NCBI GenBank assembly: GCA_013572355.1 | Contig: QBUV01000093.1 | Span: 1 to 34,874 of the forward strand | Origin: Candidatus Methanogaster sp. | GTDB taxonomy: Archaea; Halobacteriota; Methanosarcinia; Methanosarcinales; Methanogasteraceae | Direction of reading: 5' to 3' | DNA: 34,874 bases | In this document: positions 9,328 through 17,419 of the stretch, piece after piece | How positions within the stretch are numbered: position 1 is the first letter of the stretch | How the letters are laid out: every line of letters begins with the position of its first letter | Made by a program: the position numbers and the translations under genes | The notes under the pieces: model-generated | Seen by the model: the letters and a program-made list of their open reading frames with translations, nothing else | The model's database searches: none | Told to the model about the DNA's origin: nothing

Positions 9328-9708
9328 ATGGACATCGATCTAAATAAAGCACTGAGAAAAACAATCAGATCCGGCAAGGTTCTCATCGGATCAAACGTAA
9401 GCAGGGACGCCGTAAAAAATAACAGCGATACGACGGTTGTGCTTGCTGCGAACTGCCCTGCCCATGTGAGGGCAGAGATACAGGATTCCAAGACCGCGAT
9501 TATAGAATACCCTGGAATGGGCATCGACCTTGGCATTGCGTGCGGGAAGCCGTTTAACATTGCTGCGCTGACCATCCTCGATCCAGGGGATTCAGGGATC
9601 ATGGCGATATTCGAACCCGAAAAGACACAGGAAACTTCTGAAACTCTCGAGACGTTGGAAATGTTGGAGCTCTCAGAATCGGTAGAGGCACTAGCCGGGA
9701 TCGAGTGA
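9328..9708 (+). CDS. rpl30e: 50S ribosomal protein L30e with an acidic C-terminal extension
   Basis: 126 aa. The L30e/L7Ae-fold core is GKVLIGSN...VVLAANCP...IEYPG...LGIACGKPF. About 25 extra acidic residues follow (EPEKTQETSETLETLEMLELSESVEALAGIE). Classical position upstream of nusA. Confidence 0.9.
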   Translation: MDIDLNKALRKTIRSGKVLIGSNVSRDAVKNNSDTTVVLAANCPAHVRAEIQDSKTAIIEYPGMGIDLGIACGKPFNIAALTILDPGDSGIMAIFEPEKTQETSETLETLEMLELSESVEALAGIE

Positions 9709-10139
9709 TAAGCGTGGGTGAGATCAGACTTACCACAGAAGGCGTCAGGTACATCGCGCTCTTCGAGAGTCTCACAGGAGCTACGGCACGAGACTGCATC
9801 GATGAAGGCGATCGGGTACTGTATGTGGTCAGAACCGGCGACATGGGGCTTGCGATCGGCAGAAACGGCGAACACATCAACAGGGTCAAGAAATCCATCG
9901 GCAAGCCAGTTGAGATTGTGGAGTATACCGACGACCTCGAAACGTTCATGAAGAACGCGGCGCAGCCAGCGAAGGTGGTTGGGGTCGAACGGGTGGTGCG
10001 CGGCGGAAGGCGGATCGTGTACGTGGACGTCCCCCCCAACGAGAAGGGGCTTGCGATCGGCAGGGATGGCAGAAACATCGAAAAGATGCGGATGCTCGCG
10101 CAGCGGCATCATAGCATCGACGACGTGATCATCAGATAA
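9705..10139 (+). CDS. nusA: archaeal NusA-like termination factor (two KH domains)
   Basis: 144 aa. Two KH GxxG motifs (LAIGRNGEHI, LAIGRDGRNI). The GTG start overlaps the rpl30e stop (GTGA). Confidence 0.92.
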   Translation: MISVGEIRLTTEGVRYIALFESLTGATARDCIDEGDRVLYVVRTGDMGLAIGRNGEHINRVKKSIGKPVEIVEYTDDLETFMKNAAQPAKVVGVERVVRGGRRIVYVDVPPNEKGLAIGRDGRNIEKMRMLAQRHHSIDDVIIR

Positions 10140-10173
10140 GGTTTAAGTTCGAGATCAAGAGAGGAGGAATAAC

Positions 10174-10602
10174 ATGGGCAAAGGAAAATATGCAGCTCGC
10201 AAACTACAAAAAGACCGACAGAAAGCCAGATGGAGCGATCGTAACTACAGCAGTCGTGCTCTCCGTCTGAATATCAAGGCAGATCCGCTCAGCGGTGCTC
10301 CGCAGGGGCGAGGAATCGTGCTCCAGAAGGTCGGGGTTGAGGCAAAACAGCCAAATTCCGCGATTCGTAAGTGCGTTCGGATACAGCTAATCAAGAATGG
10401 AAAGCAGGTTACCGCATTCTGCCCGGGAGACGGCGCTATCAATTTCATCGATGAGCACGACGAGGTGACGATCGAACGTATCGGCGGGATGATGTCAGGT
10501 TCCATGGGCGACCTGCCTGGCGTAAGATTCAGGGTGACCGCTGTAAACGACGTGACGCTTCACGAGATGGTGATCGGGCGTAGAGAGAAACCAGTCAGGT
10601 GA
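10174..10602 (+). CDS. rps12: 30S ribosomal protein S12 (uS12)
   Basis: 142 aa. Conserved [15 protein letters not shown] block. GGAGG Shine-Dalgarno 7 nt upstream. Confidence 0.97.
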   Translation: MGKGKYAARKLQKDRQKARWSDRNYSSRALRLNIKADPLSGAPQGRGIVLQKVGVEAKQPNSAIRKCVRIQLIKNGKQVTAFCPGDGAINFIDEHDEVTIERIGGMMSGSMGDLPGVRFRVTAVNDVTLHEMVIGRREKPVR

Positions 10603-10606
10603 TCAG

Positions 10607-11167
10607 ATGGATAAGTTATTTGACAAATGGGATCTCTCAGAGGTCGAAGTCACGGATATGGGCACCAGGAGATATGTAGATCTCAGTCCGAGAATCGTGC
10701 TGCATACTGGCGGCAAACACAGCAGCAAGCAGTTCAACAAGTCCAGTATACCGATCGTTGAACGGCTGATCAACAGGATCATGCAGAAAGCGGCGAACAC
10801 CGGTAAAAAGCAGCGTGCTTACAGCATCGTCGTATCCGCATTCGATATCATCCATGAGAAGACCGGGAAGAACCCGGCACAGGCTCTCGTCGATGCTATC
10901 GCCAATGCAGGGCCCCGGGAGGAGGTTGTCCGTCTCAAATACGGCGGGATCGCTGTGCCGAAGGCCGTCGATACATCGCCCCAGCGCAGAGTGGATATCG
11001 CTCTGCGTTTCATCGCCGAAGGGGCGCGCCGTTCCGCATTCAAGAGTAAGAGATCTATGATAACGAGTCTCGCTGATGAGATCATGGCTGCTGCATCGTA
11101 TGATGTGCGGAGTTATTCGATCAACCAGAAGCAGAGCCTCGAGCGGGTCGCGAAGTCCGCGCGGTGA
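10607..11167 (+). CDS. rps7: 30S ribosomal protein S7 (uS7)
   Basis: 186 aa. Conserved blocks [28 protein letters not shown] and RVDIALRFI. It starts 4 nt after rps12. Confidence 0.97.
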   Translation: MDKLFDKWDLSEVEVTDMGTRRYVDLSPRIVLHTGGKHSSKQFNKSSIPIVERLINRIMQKAANTGKKQRAYSIVVSAFDIIHEKTGKNPAQALVDAIANAGPREEVVRLKYGGIAVPKAVDTSPQRRVDIALRFIAEGARRSAFKSKRSMITSLADEIMAAASYDVRSYSINQKQSLERVAKSAR

Positions 11168-11184
11168 GTCGGAAGTACGTGTTC

Positions 11185-11279
11185 GAGGGCACTCTAAAAA
11201 TCCGAGTGCCCTATCACCGCCGAGGGCGCAGAGTTTCAAGATCGATCTGATCCTCTGCGTTCTCCGCGTGCTCTGCGGT
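11185..11279 (+). repeat. structured intergenic repeat, copy A (CTCTGCG/CGCAGAG-motif element)
   Basis: By hand alignment it matches copy B (17420..17517) in about 42 of 52 columns on the left flank and about 24 of 29 on the right flank. It contains a 9-bp hairpin (AGGGCACTC, 9-nt loop, GAGTGCCCT) and inverted CGCAGAG/CTCTGCG motifs. It starts 18 nt after the rps7 stop. Confidence 0.6.
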
Positions 11280-11367
11280 AACGGCTCTGCCGTCGGCGTT
11301 TGCGTTAAAATTTAAAGATATAGTGATTAGTGGTTTTTACTTGGATTTTTCGATTGAGCAGGTTCGA

Positions 11368-12150
11368 TCAGATGCCAGTCCAGCAGACAGTCTCACCGCA
11401 CCCTCGTGCCTGCTCTTCCCCGAGCAAGCCTAAAAGACGCTCGCGTATCACATTCACTTCAACGCTCGTCCTCAGTCGCGGCCTCTCGAGATCGACCTTT
11501 AGGATCTCACGGATCTCTCCAGGTCTTGCTGATAACACGACCACTCGGTCAGCGAGATAGACCGCTTCATCGATGCTGTGCGTGATGAAGAGCACAGTCT
11601 TTCGCGTCTCACACCATATCCGCAGCAGTTCACCCTGCAGGAAGTTTCTTGTCTGGGCATCGACCGATCCGAACGGCTCATCCATCAGGAGCACCTTCGG
11701 ATCGTTTGCAAGCGCCCTTGCAATCGCAACCCGCTGCCGCATCCCTCCCGAAAGTTGGTATGGATAACTGCGCCCGAACGCTTCCAGCCCGACCAGTTTT
11801 AGGTATTTCAGCGCGATTCTGCGCCGCTCCTCCTTTGGCACCCTTTTCATCTCAAGCCCGAAAGCGATGTTATCAATTATCGTTCTCCATGGAAAAAGCG
11901 AATACTCCTGAAATACCATGCCCTGCTCCGGGTCTGGCGATTTTATCACCCTGCCATCGAGGAACACCTCCCCGGATGTCGGTTGATCAAGCCCTGCAAC
12001 GATTCGCAGGAGTGTCGTCTTGCCGCATCCGGACGGACCGATAAAGCAGAGAAATTCCTTGTCAAAGACCTCGAGGTTGATATTCCGAAGAGCTTCGACC
12101 CGTCCGCTCTCTGATTCAAAGACCCTCGAGACATTGGCTATTGTGAGCAT
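11368..12150 (-). CDS. ABC transporter ATP-binding protein, NitT/TauT (SsuB/TauB/ThiZ-like) subfamily; no permease or binding protein nearby
   Basis: 260 aa. Walker A GPSGCGKTT, signature LSGGMRQR, Walker B LLMDEPF, H-loop ITHS. The MVFQEYSLFPW block is typical of the NitT/TauT subfamily. Confidence 0.92.
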   Translation of the reverse strand: MLTIANVSRVFESESGRVEALRNINLEVFDKEFLCFIGPSGCGKTTLLRIVAGLDQPTSGEVFLDGRVIKSPDPEQGMVFQEYSLFPWRTIIDNIAFGLEMKRVPKEERRRIALKYLKLVGLEAFGRSYPYQLSGGMRQRVAIARALANDPKVLLMDEPFGSVDAQTRNFLQGELLRIWCETRKTVLFITHSIDEAVYLADRVVVLSARPGEIREILKVDLERPRLRTSVEVNVIRERLLGLLGEEQARGCGETVCWTGI

Positions 12151-12165
12151 AATTATATTTAGGCA

Positions 12166-13086
12166 TCATAATGATCGATAACCTTTTCGCTCGATCTCTC
12201 TCGTTCCGTCAAGTGTTATCCTCCCCGCTACCGGCGTCACCTCCCCGATGACAGTCAGTTCACATGCATTCCTGGCATCATGAAGTCTCTCTGGCGCAAC
12301 CGTGAAGAGCAACTCGAAGTCCCCGCCAGCGTACAGTGCCAGATCGAGATCCGGTCCCAAACCCATGTCCAGCCCCGGCAGCACCGGAAGCGAGTCTGCA
12401 TGTATCGTAAATCCGCATCCGTTCACCTCTGCCAGTTGGTAGAGCGATTCGGAAAGTCCGTCACTGTTATCCATCATCGAGGTGACCGCTTTCGATTCTG
12501 CAAGTCTTATTCCCTCAGCTATGCGTGGAATAGGCTCGAATAATTTCTTCACCGCAACCGGATCATCCGCGGCCCGCCCCAATTCCAGTGCTTTCATGCC
12601 GGCGCCTGCGGTTCCGAGATACCCTGTGACGCAGACCAGCTCACCGACCTGCGCGCCACGTCTCCGGAGGATCTGATCCTTTCGCACACGCCCAAGTGCA
12701 GTTCCCGTGATCGTCAGTTCCTGATGCGAATCAGTGTCCCCGCCGATGATGGCTGTGCCGCATTTACGCGCACATGCACTCATTCCATCAATCATCGATT
12801 CCACGAATGCCTGCGGAAGGTCGGGAAGCCCGGTCGATACGAGCAGTCCGCAGGGGTGCGCACCCATCGCGGCGATGTCGCTTAACGTGCCTGCCGCAGA
12901 CATCCAGCCGATCTGCCATGCGCTCATCTCCCCCGGAAAGTCGGTCGCCCGGTGGAACATATCTGTGGTTGCGACCAGATATTCGGCATCTGCGAGATCG
13001 ATTACGGCACAGTCCTCAAATTCAATATCCAGATTCCGGATGATCGATCCGACGACCGCGGTCTCGCCGAGTTCGTAGATGGTCAT
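12166..13086 (-). CDS. thiL: thiamine-monophosphate kinase (PurM/AIR-synthase-related fold)
   Basis: 306 aa. ELGE...CAVID...LVATTDMF...LSDIAAMGAHP...IIGGDT...LTITGTALG...GDFELLFTV follows the ThiL motif order. Confidence 0.82.
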   Translation of the reverse strand: MTIYELGETAVVGSIIRNLDIEFEDCAVIDLADAEYLVATTDMFHRATDFPGEMSAWQIGWMSAAGTLSDIAAMGAHPCGLLVSTGLPDLPQAFVESMIDGMSACARKCGTAIIGGDTDSHQELTITGTALGRVRKDQILRRRGAQVGELVCVTGYLGTAGAGMKALELGRAADDPVAVKKLFEPIPRIAEGIRLAESKAVTSMMDNSDGLSESLYQLAEVNGCGFTIHADSLPVLPGLDMGLGPDLDLALYAGGDFELLFTVAPERLHDARNACELTVIGEVTPVAGRITLDGTREIERKGYRSL

Positions 13087-13156
13087 GATAACCTCTGGTG
13101 GCGCCGACCCAACACTGGCGTTGAGCCGGCAGCTTCCGGACTTGTACCTGCAACGA

Positions 13157-14224
13157 TCAGATCGAGTTTGCGATATTGATCATCGCTTCCCGGTCAAGCG
13201 GACTTGCAAGCATGTAATCAAGTGCACCATCATTCCACTGGAGCACCACAGTCTTGCCAAATGGCGTTTCCATCGTCGTCATCGTGCAGTCGTATCCGTC
13301 ACCAACCGTGATCGTCTCGTTATCGCCTTCAAGCATCGGCATCGGCTCTGCGGATTCATTGTATGCGCTCTCGACCAGTTGAACCATTGTGGATAGCATA
13401 TTTTCATCGGTAGCGTTGGCGTATATAAGGACCACCCCGTCCACGGATTCCGAAACAGGAGTAACCGCGACATTCTCAATCTCGTAACCCGGCGGCAGAT
13501 ATACTGGCTCCTTAATATCAAACGAAACCTCTGCCTGCGCCTCTTCGATGGTCATAGTCGCAGGTGTCATCGTCTCGTCTGTCGATTCGACGGTTGCGCC
13601 TTCCGGTATCTCGAATTCAAATGTGCTGTTCGGGATATCCACATTGAACTCTATGTCCTGATACTCCATGCTCATCAGGAGTTCGCCATTCTGGTACGTC
13701 TCGATCTTAAGTGGCATCCAGTTCCGTTCATCGAGCCACACCTCAACTGACATAGGCATGAATGCATCATCAGGTGTCGCGGTAATCCTGCGACATTGGC
13801 GCCCCGAGACGGTTCCAGCCCCATTCGAAGCGATCGCACATGTATCGACCAGATCCTTGAGGAATAAGGCATCTCTGGACCGGTTCGTCTGTGCATACGC
13901 AGGAATGTTTGCTGTCTTGACCAGATTCTCAGAAGGATCGTACATCCAGATGTGCGTGCCATTCGAAACCATGACCTGTCCAGCAACTTCAGAAGGTTCT
14001 GTATATTCCATCCGGATCATGTTCGGCTGCTTGTACGCATAGTCCATGACCATGGTCTCGTTGTTGCTTGACATGACCATGTTGCAGGTGAAACTCTGCA
14101 CAGTGTCTTGATGCGCCATAATCTGCTGCTCAAGCTGTTCGGGAGTGAGTTCATTATCGACGCATCCAGCCATCAGAAGCGAGATGCCGATGATTGTGAT
14201 TAAGAGTATGTTTATTGCCTTCAT
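13157..14224 (-). CDS. LolA-like / DUF4367-like lipobox protein
   Basis: The ORF-track entry 13157..14359 was trimmed to ATG 14224 (MKAINILLITIIGISLLMAGC). That gives a signal peptide plus lipobox and removes the overlap with the upstream gene. The N-terminal half (TFEFEIPEGATV end motif) resembles LolA-type lipoprotein-sorting folds from memory. Confidence 0.72.
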   Translation of the reverse strand: MKAINILLITIIGISLLMAGCVDNELTPEQLEQQIMAHQDTVQSFTCNMVMSSNNETMVMDYAYKQPNMIRMEYTEPSEVAGQVMVSNGTHIWMYDPSENLVKTANIPAYAQTNRSRDALFLKDLVDTCAIASNGAGTVSGRQCRRITATPDDAFMPMSVEVWLDERNWMPLKIETYQNGELLMSMEYQDIEFNVDIPNSTFEFEIPEGATVESTDETMTPATMTIEEAQAEVSFDIKEPVYLPPGYEIENVAVTPVSESVDGVVLIYANATDENMLSTMVQLVESAYNESAEPMPMLEGDNETITVGDGYDCTMTTMETPFGKTVVLQWNDGALDYMLASPLDREAMINIANSI

Positions 14225-14271
14225 CAGTGGAACTGGCGAGTTTCTGGTTAATAAAGTTGTGGTCGGTACGG

Positions 14272-15213
14272 TCACAGTACGCTGTGCTCGATCACCGCAC
14301 CGCATTGCGGGCATCTCACAGATCGCAGATGCGGCACGATCGCGATATTGCATGCACATGCGGTGCAGACAACAGTCTCCTCAACACCGATCAACCTCTC
14401 AAACCGTACAGCAACGGTATTCATATAATTAAGGATCGGCTCGCCATAGTGTTTTGCGGTGTAGAATGTGAAGAATGAGAGCATCATACCAGCCACAACA
14501 TCGGTCATCCAGTGCACCCCGAGATACAGTGTGGCAAAGACGATTGTAAGAAATGCGAATGTCAGGAATACCGTGTACCTGCGAAGATCGGTTGTGCTGG
14601 TGACCAGCAGCGCGCCGAAGACGAGTGCTGCATGAAGACTCGGGAAACAGTTATCAAGAGGGTCTACGGTGGTGATGCCTTCATAGATCATCGGATGCAG
14701 TTCGTACATGAGCGGCTGGATGCCTGACAGCGCGTAACCTGTGACCTTGACCGGGAAGAGCAGGTAAAACGGGAACGCGATCAGATAATTGAGTACGAAC
14801 ACGAGAGAAAACAACTTTAGCGCTCTCATCTGCTCTGTGTATGCAAGTATCAGGAATGTGAAGATCATAACCGATGAGAAGAGTACCAGATACACAAACG
14901 TCATCAGATACGTGAGCACGGGATACGCATGGCTCTGGAAAACCGCAACCACATCTCCTTCGATGTATTCGATATAGTGAGTGCAGTCATAGTTCACAAA
15001 CAGGTTCAGTTCCCGCTGTATCGGAAACTGCGCCTGCATCAGCCCATACACGGCGGCGGCTACTAGTACGTAGGGCCAGTACCCGTTTATCAACTGCCTT
15101 GCTGTATATCCACGCTTCTTTCTGCGGCATTCCCCTGGCACGAAAGCCAGAAAGTACAATGCAAGCATAATCAAGGTGAAAAGAATGATAACAACACTCA
15201 ATTGCCATGCCAT
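14272..15213 (-). CDS. PAP2-superfamily membrane phosphatase/phosphotransferase with a C-terminal zinc ribbon
   Basis: 313 aa, polytopic. PAP2 C2/C3 motifs are CFPSLHAA and LGVHWMTDVVAG. The cytoplasmic tail has CTACAC...CPQCG (CxxC...CxxC). Confidence 0.8.
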   Translation of the reverse strand: MAWQLSVVIILFTLIMLALYFLAFVPGECRRKKRGYTARQLINGYWPYVLVAAAVYGLMQAQFPIQRELNLFVNYDCTHYIEYIEGDVVAVFQSHAYPVLTYLMTFVYLVLFSSVMIFTFLILAYTEQMRALKLFSLVFVLNYLIAFPFYLLFPVKVTGYALSGIQPLMYELHPMIYEGITTVDPLDNCFPSLHAALVFGALLVTSTTDLRRYTVFLTFAFLTIVFATLYLGVHWMTDVVAGMMLSFFTFYTAKHYGEPILNYMNTVAVRFERLIGVEETVVCTACACNIAIVPHLRSVRCPQCGAVIEHSVL

Positions 15214-15359
15214 TATGATTACCCGTCCTCTGCAATTTTAATAATTGGATTTATTTGATGACAGTTTTGTATAATTCCCAGATACTTAAGTGTTATGGTT
15301 GGGTCAGGCTGCCAACCCGCCAGACACCTTTATCATATAAGCAAGCAAAGGAGGGTGTT

Positions 15360-15671
15360 ATGGAATTTTGTCCGGAATGCGGCACCATGCTGGTGTTGAA
15401 GGATGGTGCACAGCTGTGCAGACGCTGCGGATTTACAACGGATAAACAAGACGATAAATCCGTTTTATCTGTTGAACGGCATGCAAAGAAGACGATTGCA
15501 GTTCTTGAAGGACACGCAGACGTAGGATTGCCAACCACACATGCACGGTGCGAGGAATGCGGAAACGACACCGCTTACTGGTGGCTGCGACAATTGCGGT
15601 CAGCAGACGAGAGCGAGACCAGATTTTTCAGGTGCACAAAGTGCGGGAGAACGTGGCGAGAGTATGATTGA
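15360..15671 (+). CDS. tfs: transcription factor S (TFIIS-like cleavage factor)
   Basis: The ORF was trimmed to ATG 15360, which has AAGGAGG 7 nt upstream. 103 aa. It has an N-terminal Zn ribbon (CPECG...CRRCG) and a C-terminal TFIIS Zn ribbon (CEECG...QLRSADESETRFFRCTKCGRTW) with the acidic RSADE hairpin. Confidence 0.92.
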   Translation: MEFCPECGTMLVLKDGAQLCRRCGFTTDKQDDKSVLSVERHAKKTIAVLEGHADVGLPTTHARCEECGNDTAYWWLRQLRSADESETRFFRCTKCGRTWREYD

Positions 15672-15830
15672 TCGGTAATATCCTGTTCGCAGGACCGTAC
15701 TGAATTCACTCGGGGGAATATGGTTGACCCCACCAATCATCTCCGGGATGACTTGCCGTAACAACCCATCTATATAAACCCTTTTCATCCTGCAGGGGCT
15801 GTCAACCCCAGAGACCCCTCCCGAATCCCT

Positions 15831-15980
15831 TTACTTCCTTGCGAGTTCCTCCAGAACCTCTTCCGGCAACTGCCTCACAATATCGATCTTCGCAACACAG
15901 CTCGTCCTGATGCCATGTTCCTTTGCGATCGGACGCAGGTCCGTAAGCGTCACCTTCTTAGCTATTTCCTCGATGTCCAT
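15831..15980 (-). CDS. unlisted small protein (49 aa) with a Rho_N/SAP-like helix-extended-helix motif
   Basis: Found by hand translation: MDIEEIAKKVTLTDLRPIAKEHGIRTSCVAKIDIVRQLPEEVLEELARK*. It starts 11 nt after the stop of the phasin-like gene, and a GGTGATGG purine-rich spacer precedes the ATG. It is shorter than the ORF-track cutoff. Confidence 0.55.
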   Translation of the reverse strand: MDIEEIAKKVTLTDLRPIAKEHGIRTSCVAKIDIVRQLPEEVLEELARK

Positions 15981-15991
15981 ACACCATCACC

Positions 15992-16300
15992 TCACTTCTC
16001 GGAAAGTTCCCGAATAGTCTTTTCGAGTTCTGCGATCTTGTCCTCCATACGTGCGACATCGTCCTTCGTTGCGATCTTTGACCGGTCGATCGAGTTCTGC
16101 ACACTATTTGAGATCGTATCTCCGAGTTCCTGCATCTGCTTCTTCTTCTCGGTCAGGAGTTCCTGGACAAGGGATTTCCCTTCTTCTCGATTCATCTCTC
16201 CTTTCTCGATGAGTTCGTCCACGGTCTGCCTGATCTTCTCCTCGGTGATCGCAAGCACGCCGATCCCGATGAGTCCCAACTTTCTGAGTGTTTCGCTCAT
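15992..16300 (-). CDS. phasin-like coiled-coil protein (COG3937-type)
   Basis: The ORF was trimmed to ATG 16300, which has GGAGG 8 nt upstream. 102 aa. The start MSETLRKLGLIGIGVLAITEEKIRQTVDELIEKGE matches the phasin-family start I recall. The rest is charged coiled coil. Confidence 0.68.
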   Translation of the reverse strand: MSETLRKLGLIGIGVLAITEEKIRQTVDELIEKGEMNREEGKSLVQELLTEKKKQMQELGDTISNSVQNSIDRSKIATKDDVARMEDKIAELEKTIRELSEK

Positions 16301-16362
16301 GGTAAAAACCTCCAACTGACACAACACATTTATCTGATATATACCTTCTGACAATAGATACT

Positions 16363-17373
16363 ATGAAGAAAGCAGCAGTCATTCGAGGCGACGGAACTGG
16401 ACCTGAACTTGTGGACTCCATGATGCGGGTTATGGACGCGGTGAGTCCTGACATCGAGTTCGTACCGTGCGAGGCAGGAGAGGAATGGTGGAAGGAAAAC
16501 GGCGGAGACTCCTTGATCCCGGATGAGACCTGGGACGTACTACAGGAGACCGATGTGTGTTTCAAGGGACCGACCACGACGCCCGGAGTCGTCGGCGCGC
16601 CAAGGAGCGTTGCCGTAAGCATCCGCCAGCGGTTTGACCTCTATGCGAACGTGCGCCCGATAAAGACATTTACAGGGGCGCCTGCGCCGCTTGGTGATGT
16701 CGATTTCGTCGCGGTCAGGGAAGCAACAGAAGGCATGTATTTTGGAAAAGAGGTTGAGATAACAGATGACACATTCATTGCAATCCGGAGAATCACGCGA
16801 CGTGCATGTGAGAATATCTCAAGGTACGCTTTTGATGAAGCTACGAGGCGGGGCTGGGATACCGTCGTCGGCATCCACAAGAGTAACATCTTAAGGATGA
16901 CCTGCGGTGCATTCATGGACACATTGCGCGCCACTGCAACCGAATACCCTGATGTGGAACTCTGGGAGTATCACGTCGATAACATGGCGCAGCAACTCGT
17001 AAAGAACCCGCAACTCTTCAATCACAAGGTACTCGTCTCAACAAACCTCTTTATGGACATCATAAGCGAGGAGTGCGCAGGGCTGATCGGGAGCATCGGT
17101 CTTGTATATTCGGCAAACATAGGCGACGACTACGCGATGTTTGAGCCGGCACACGGCTCTGCTCCGAAATATAAAGGACTGGACAAGGTGAATCCGTGCG
17201 CAACGATCCTTGCCGGTGCATGGATGCTTCGGTACCTCGGCGCGGCTGATGGGGCGGACGCAATCATCCGTGCGACCGAGCAGACGATTGCGGAAGGCAT
17301 AACCACGTATGATCTCGGCGGAAGTGCGAGCATGAGCTCTATGACTGACGCGATCATCGGAAATCTGGGGTGA
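16363..17373 (+). CDS. isocitrate/isopropylmalate dehydrogenase-family beta-decarboxylating dehydrogenase (NAD-IDH or homoisocitrate/AksF-like)
   Basis: 336 aa. Motifs are IRGDGTGPE, KGPTTTP...RSVAVSIRQRFDLYANVRP, REATEGMY, NLFMDIISEE and FEPAHGSAP. Substrate specificity cannot be set from sequence reading alone. Confidence 0.9.
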   Translation: MKKAAVIRGDGTGPELVDSMMRVMDAVSPDIEFVPCEAGEEWWKENGGDSLIPDETWDVLQETDVCFKGPTTTPGVVGAPRSVAVSIRQRFDLYANVRPIKTFTGAPAPLGDVDFVAVREATEGMYFGKEVEITDDTFIAIRRITRRACENISRYAFDEATRRGWDTVVGIHKSNILRMTCGAFMDTLRATATEYPDVELWEYHVDNMAQQLVKNPQLFNHKVLVSTNLFMDIISEECAGLIGSIGLVYSANIGDDYAMFEPAHGSAPKYKGLDKVNPCATILAGAWMLRYLGAADGADAIIRATEQTIAEGITTYDLGGSASMSSMTDAIIGNLG

Positions 17374-17419
17374 ACTGACTCCGGATCATCTGTGCTATCG
17401 TGGTGCAAAGGAACATGCA

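Noticed and set aside
9306-10112. Long antisense or out-of-frame ORFs in the six-frame track. Examples are 110..469(-), 1766..2332(+), 2720..3487(+), 8485..8964(-), 9306..10112(-), 10637..11239(-), 17905..18501(-), 20681..21502(+), 22482..23189(+), 28670..29440(+) and 33282..33839(-).
   Set aside because: Each lies entirely opposite, or out of frame with, a gene that has strong family motifs. Their translations are low-complexity (Ser/Arg/Pro/Ala-rich) and show no motifs. They are shadow ORFs typical of GC-rich coding DNA.
13087-13156. TPP riboswitch upstream of thiL.
   Set aside because: The conserved CUGAGA and ACCUGAUCUGGAUAAUGCCAGCG-type elements are absent, and the gap is only 70 nt.
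14225-14359. N-terminal extensions offered by the ORF track: 13157..14359, 15255.., 15992..16354, 18776..19294, 24467.., 26397.. and 30505..31971.
   Set aside because: The extensions overlap neighbouring genes or promoter gaps and have implausible composition. Internal ATGs give canonical N-termini (signal peptide, [50 protein letters not shown]). These internal starts often have an SD or a 4-nt overlap coupling.
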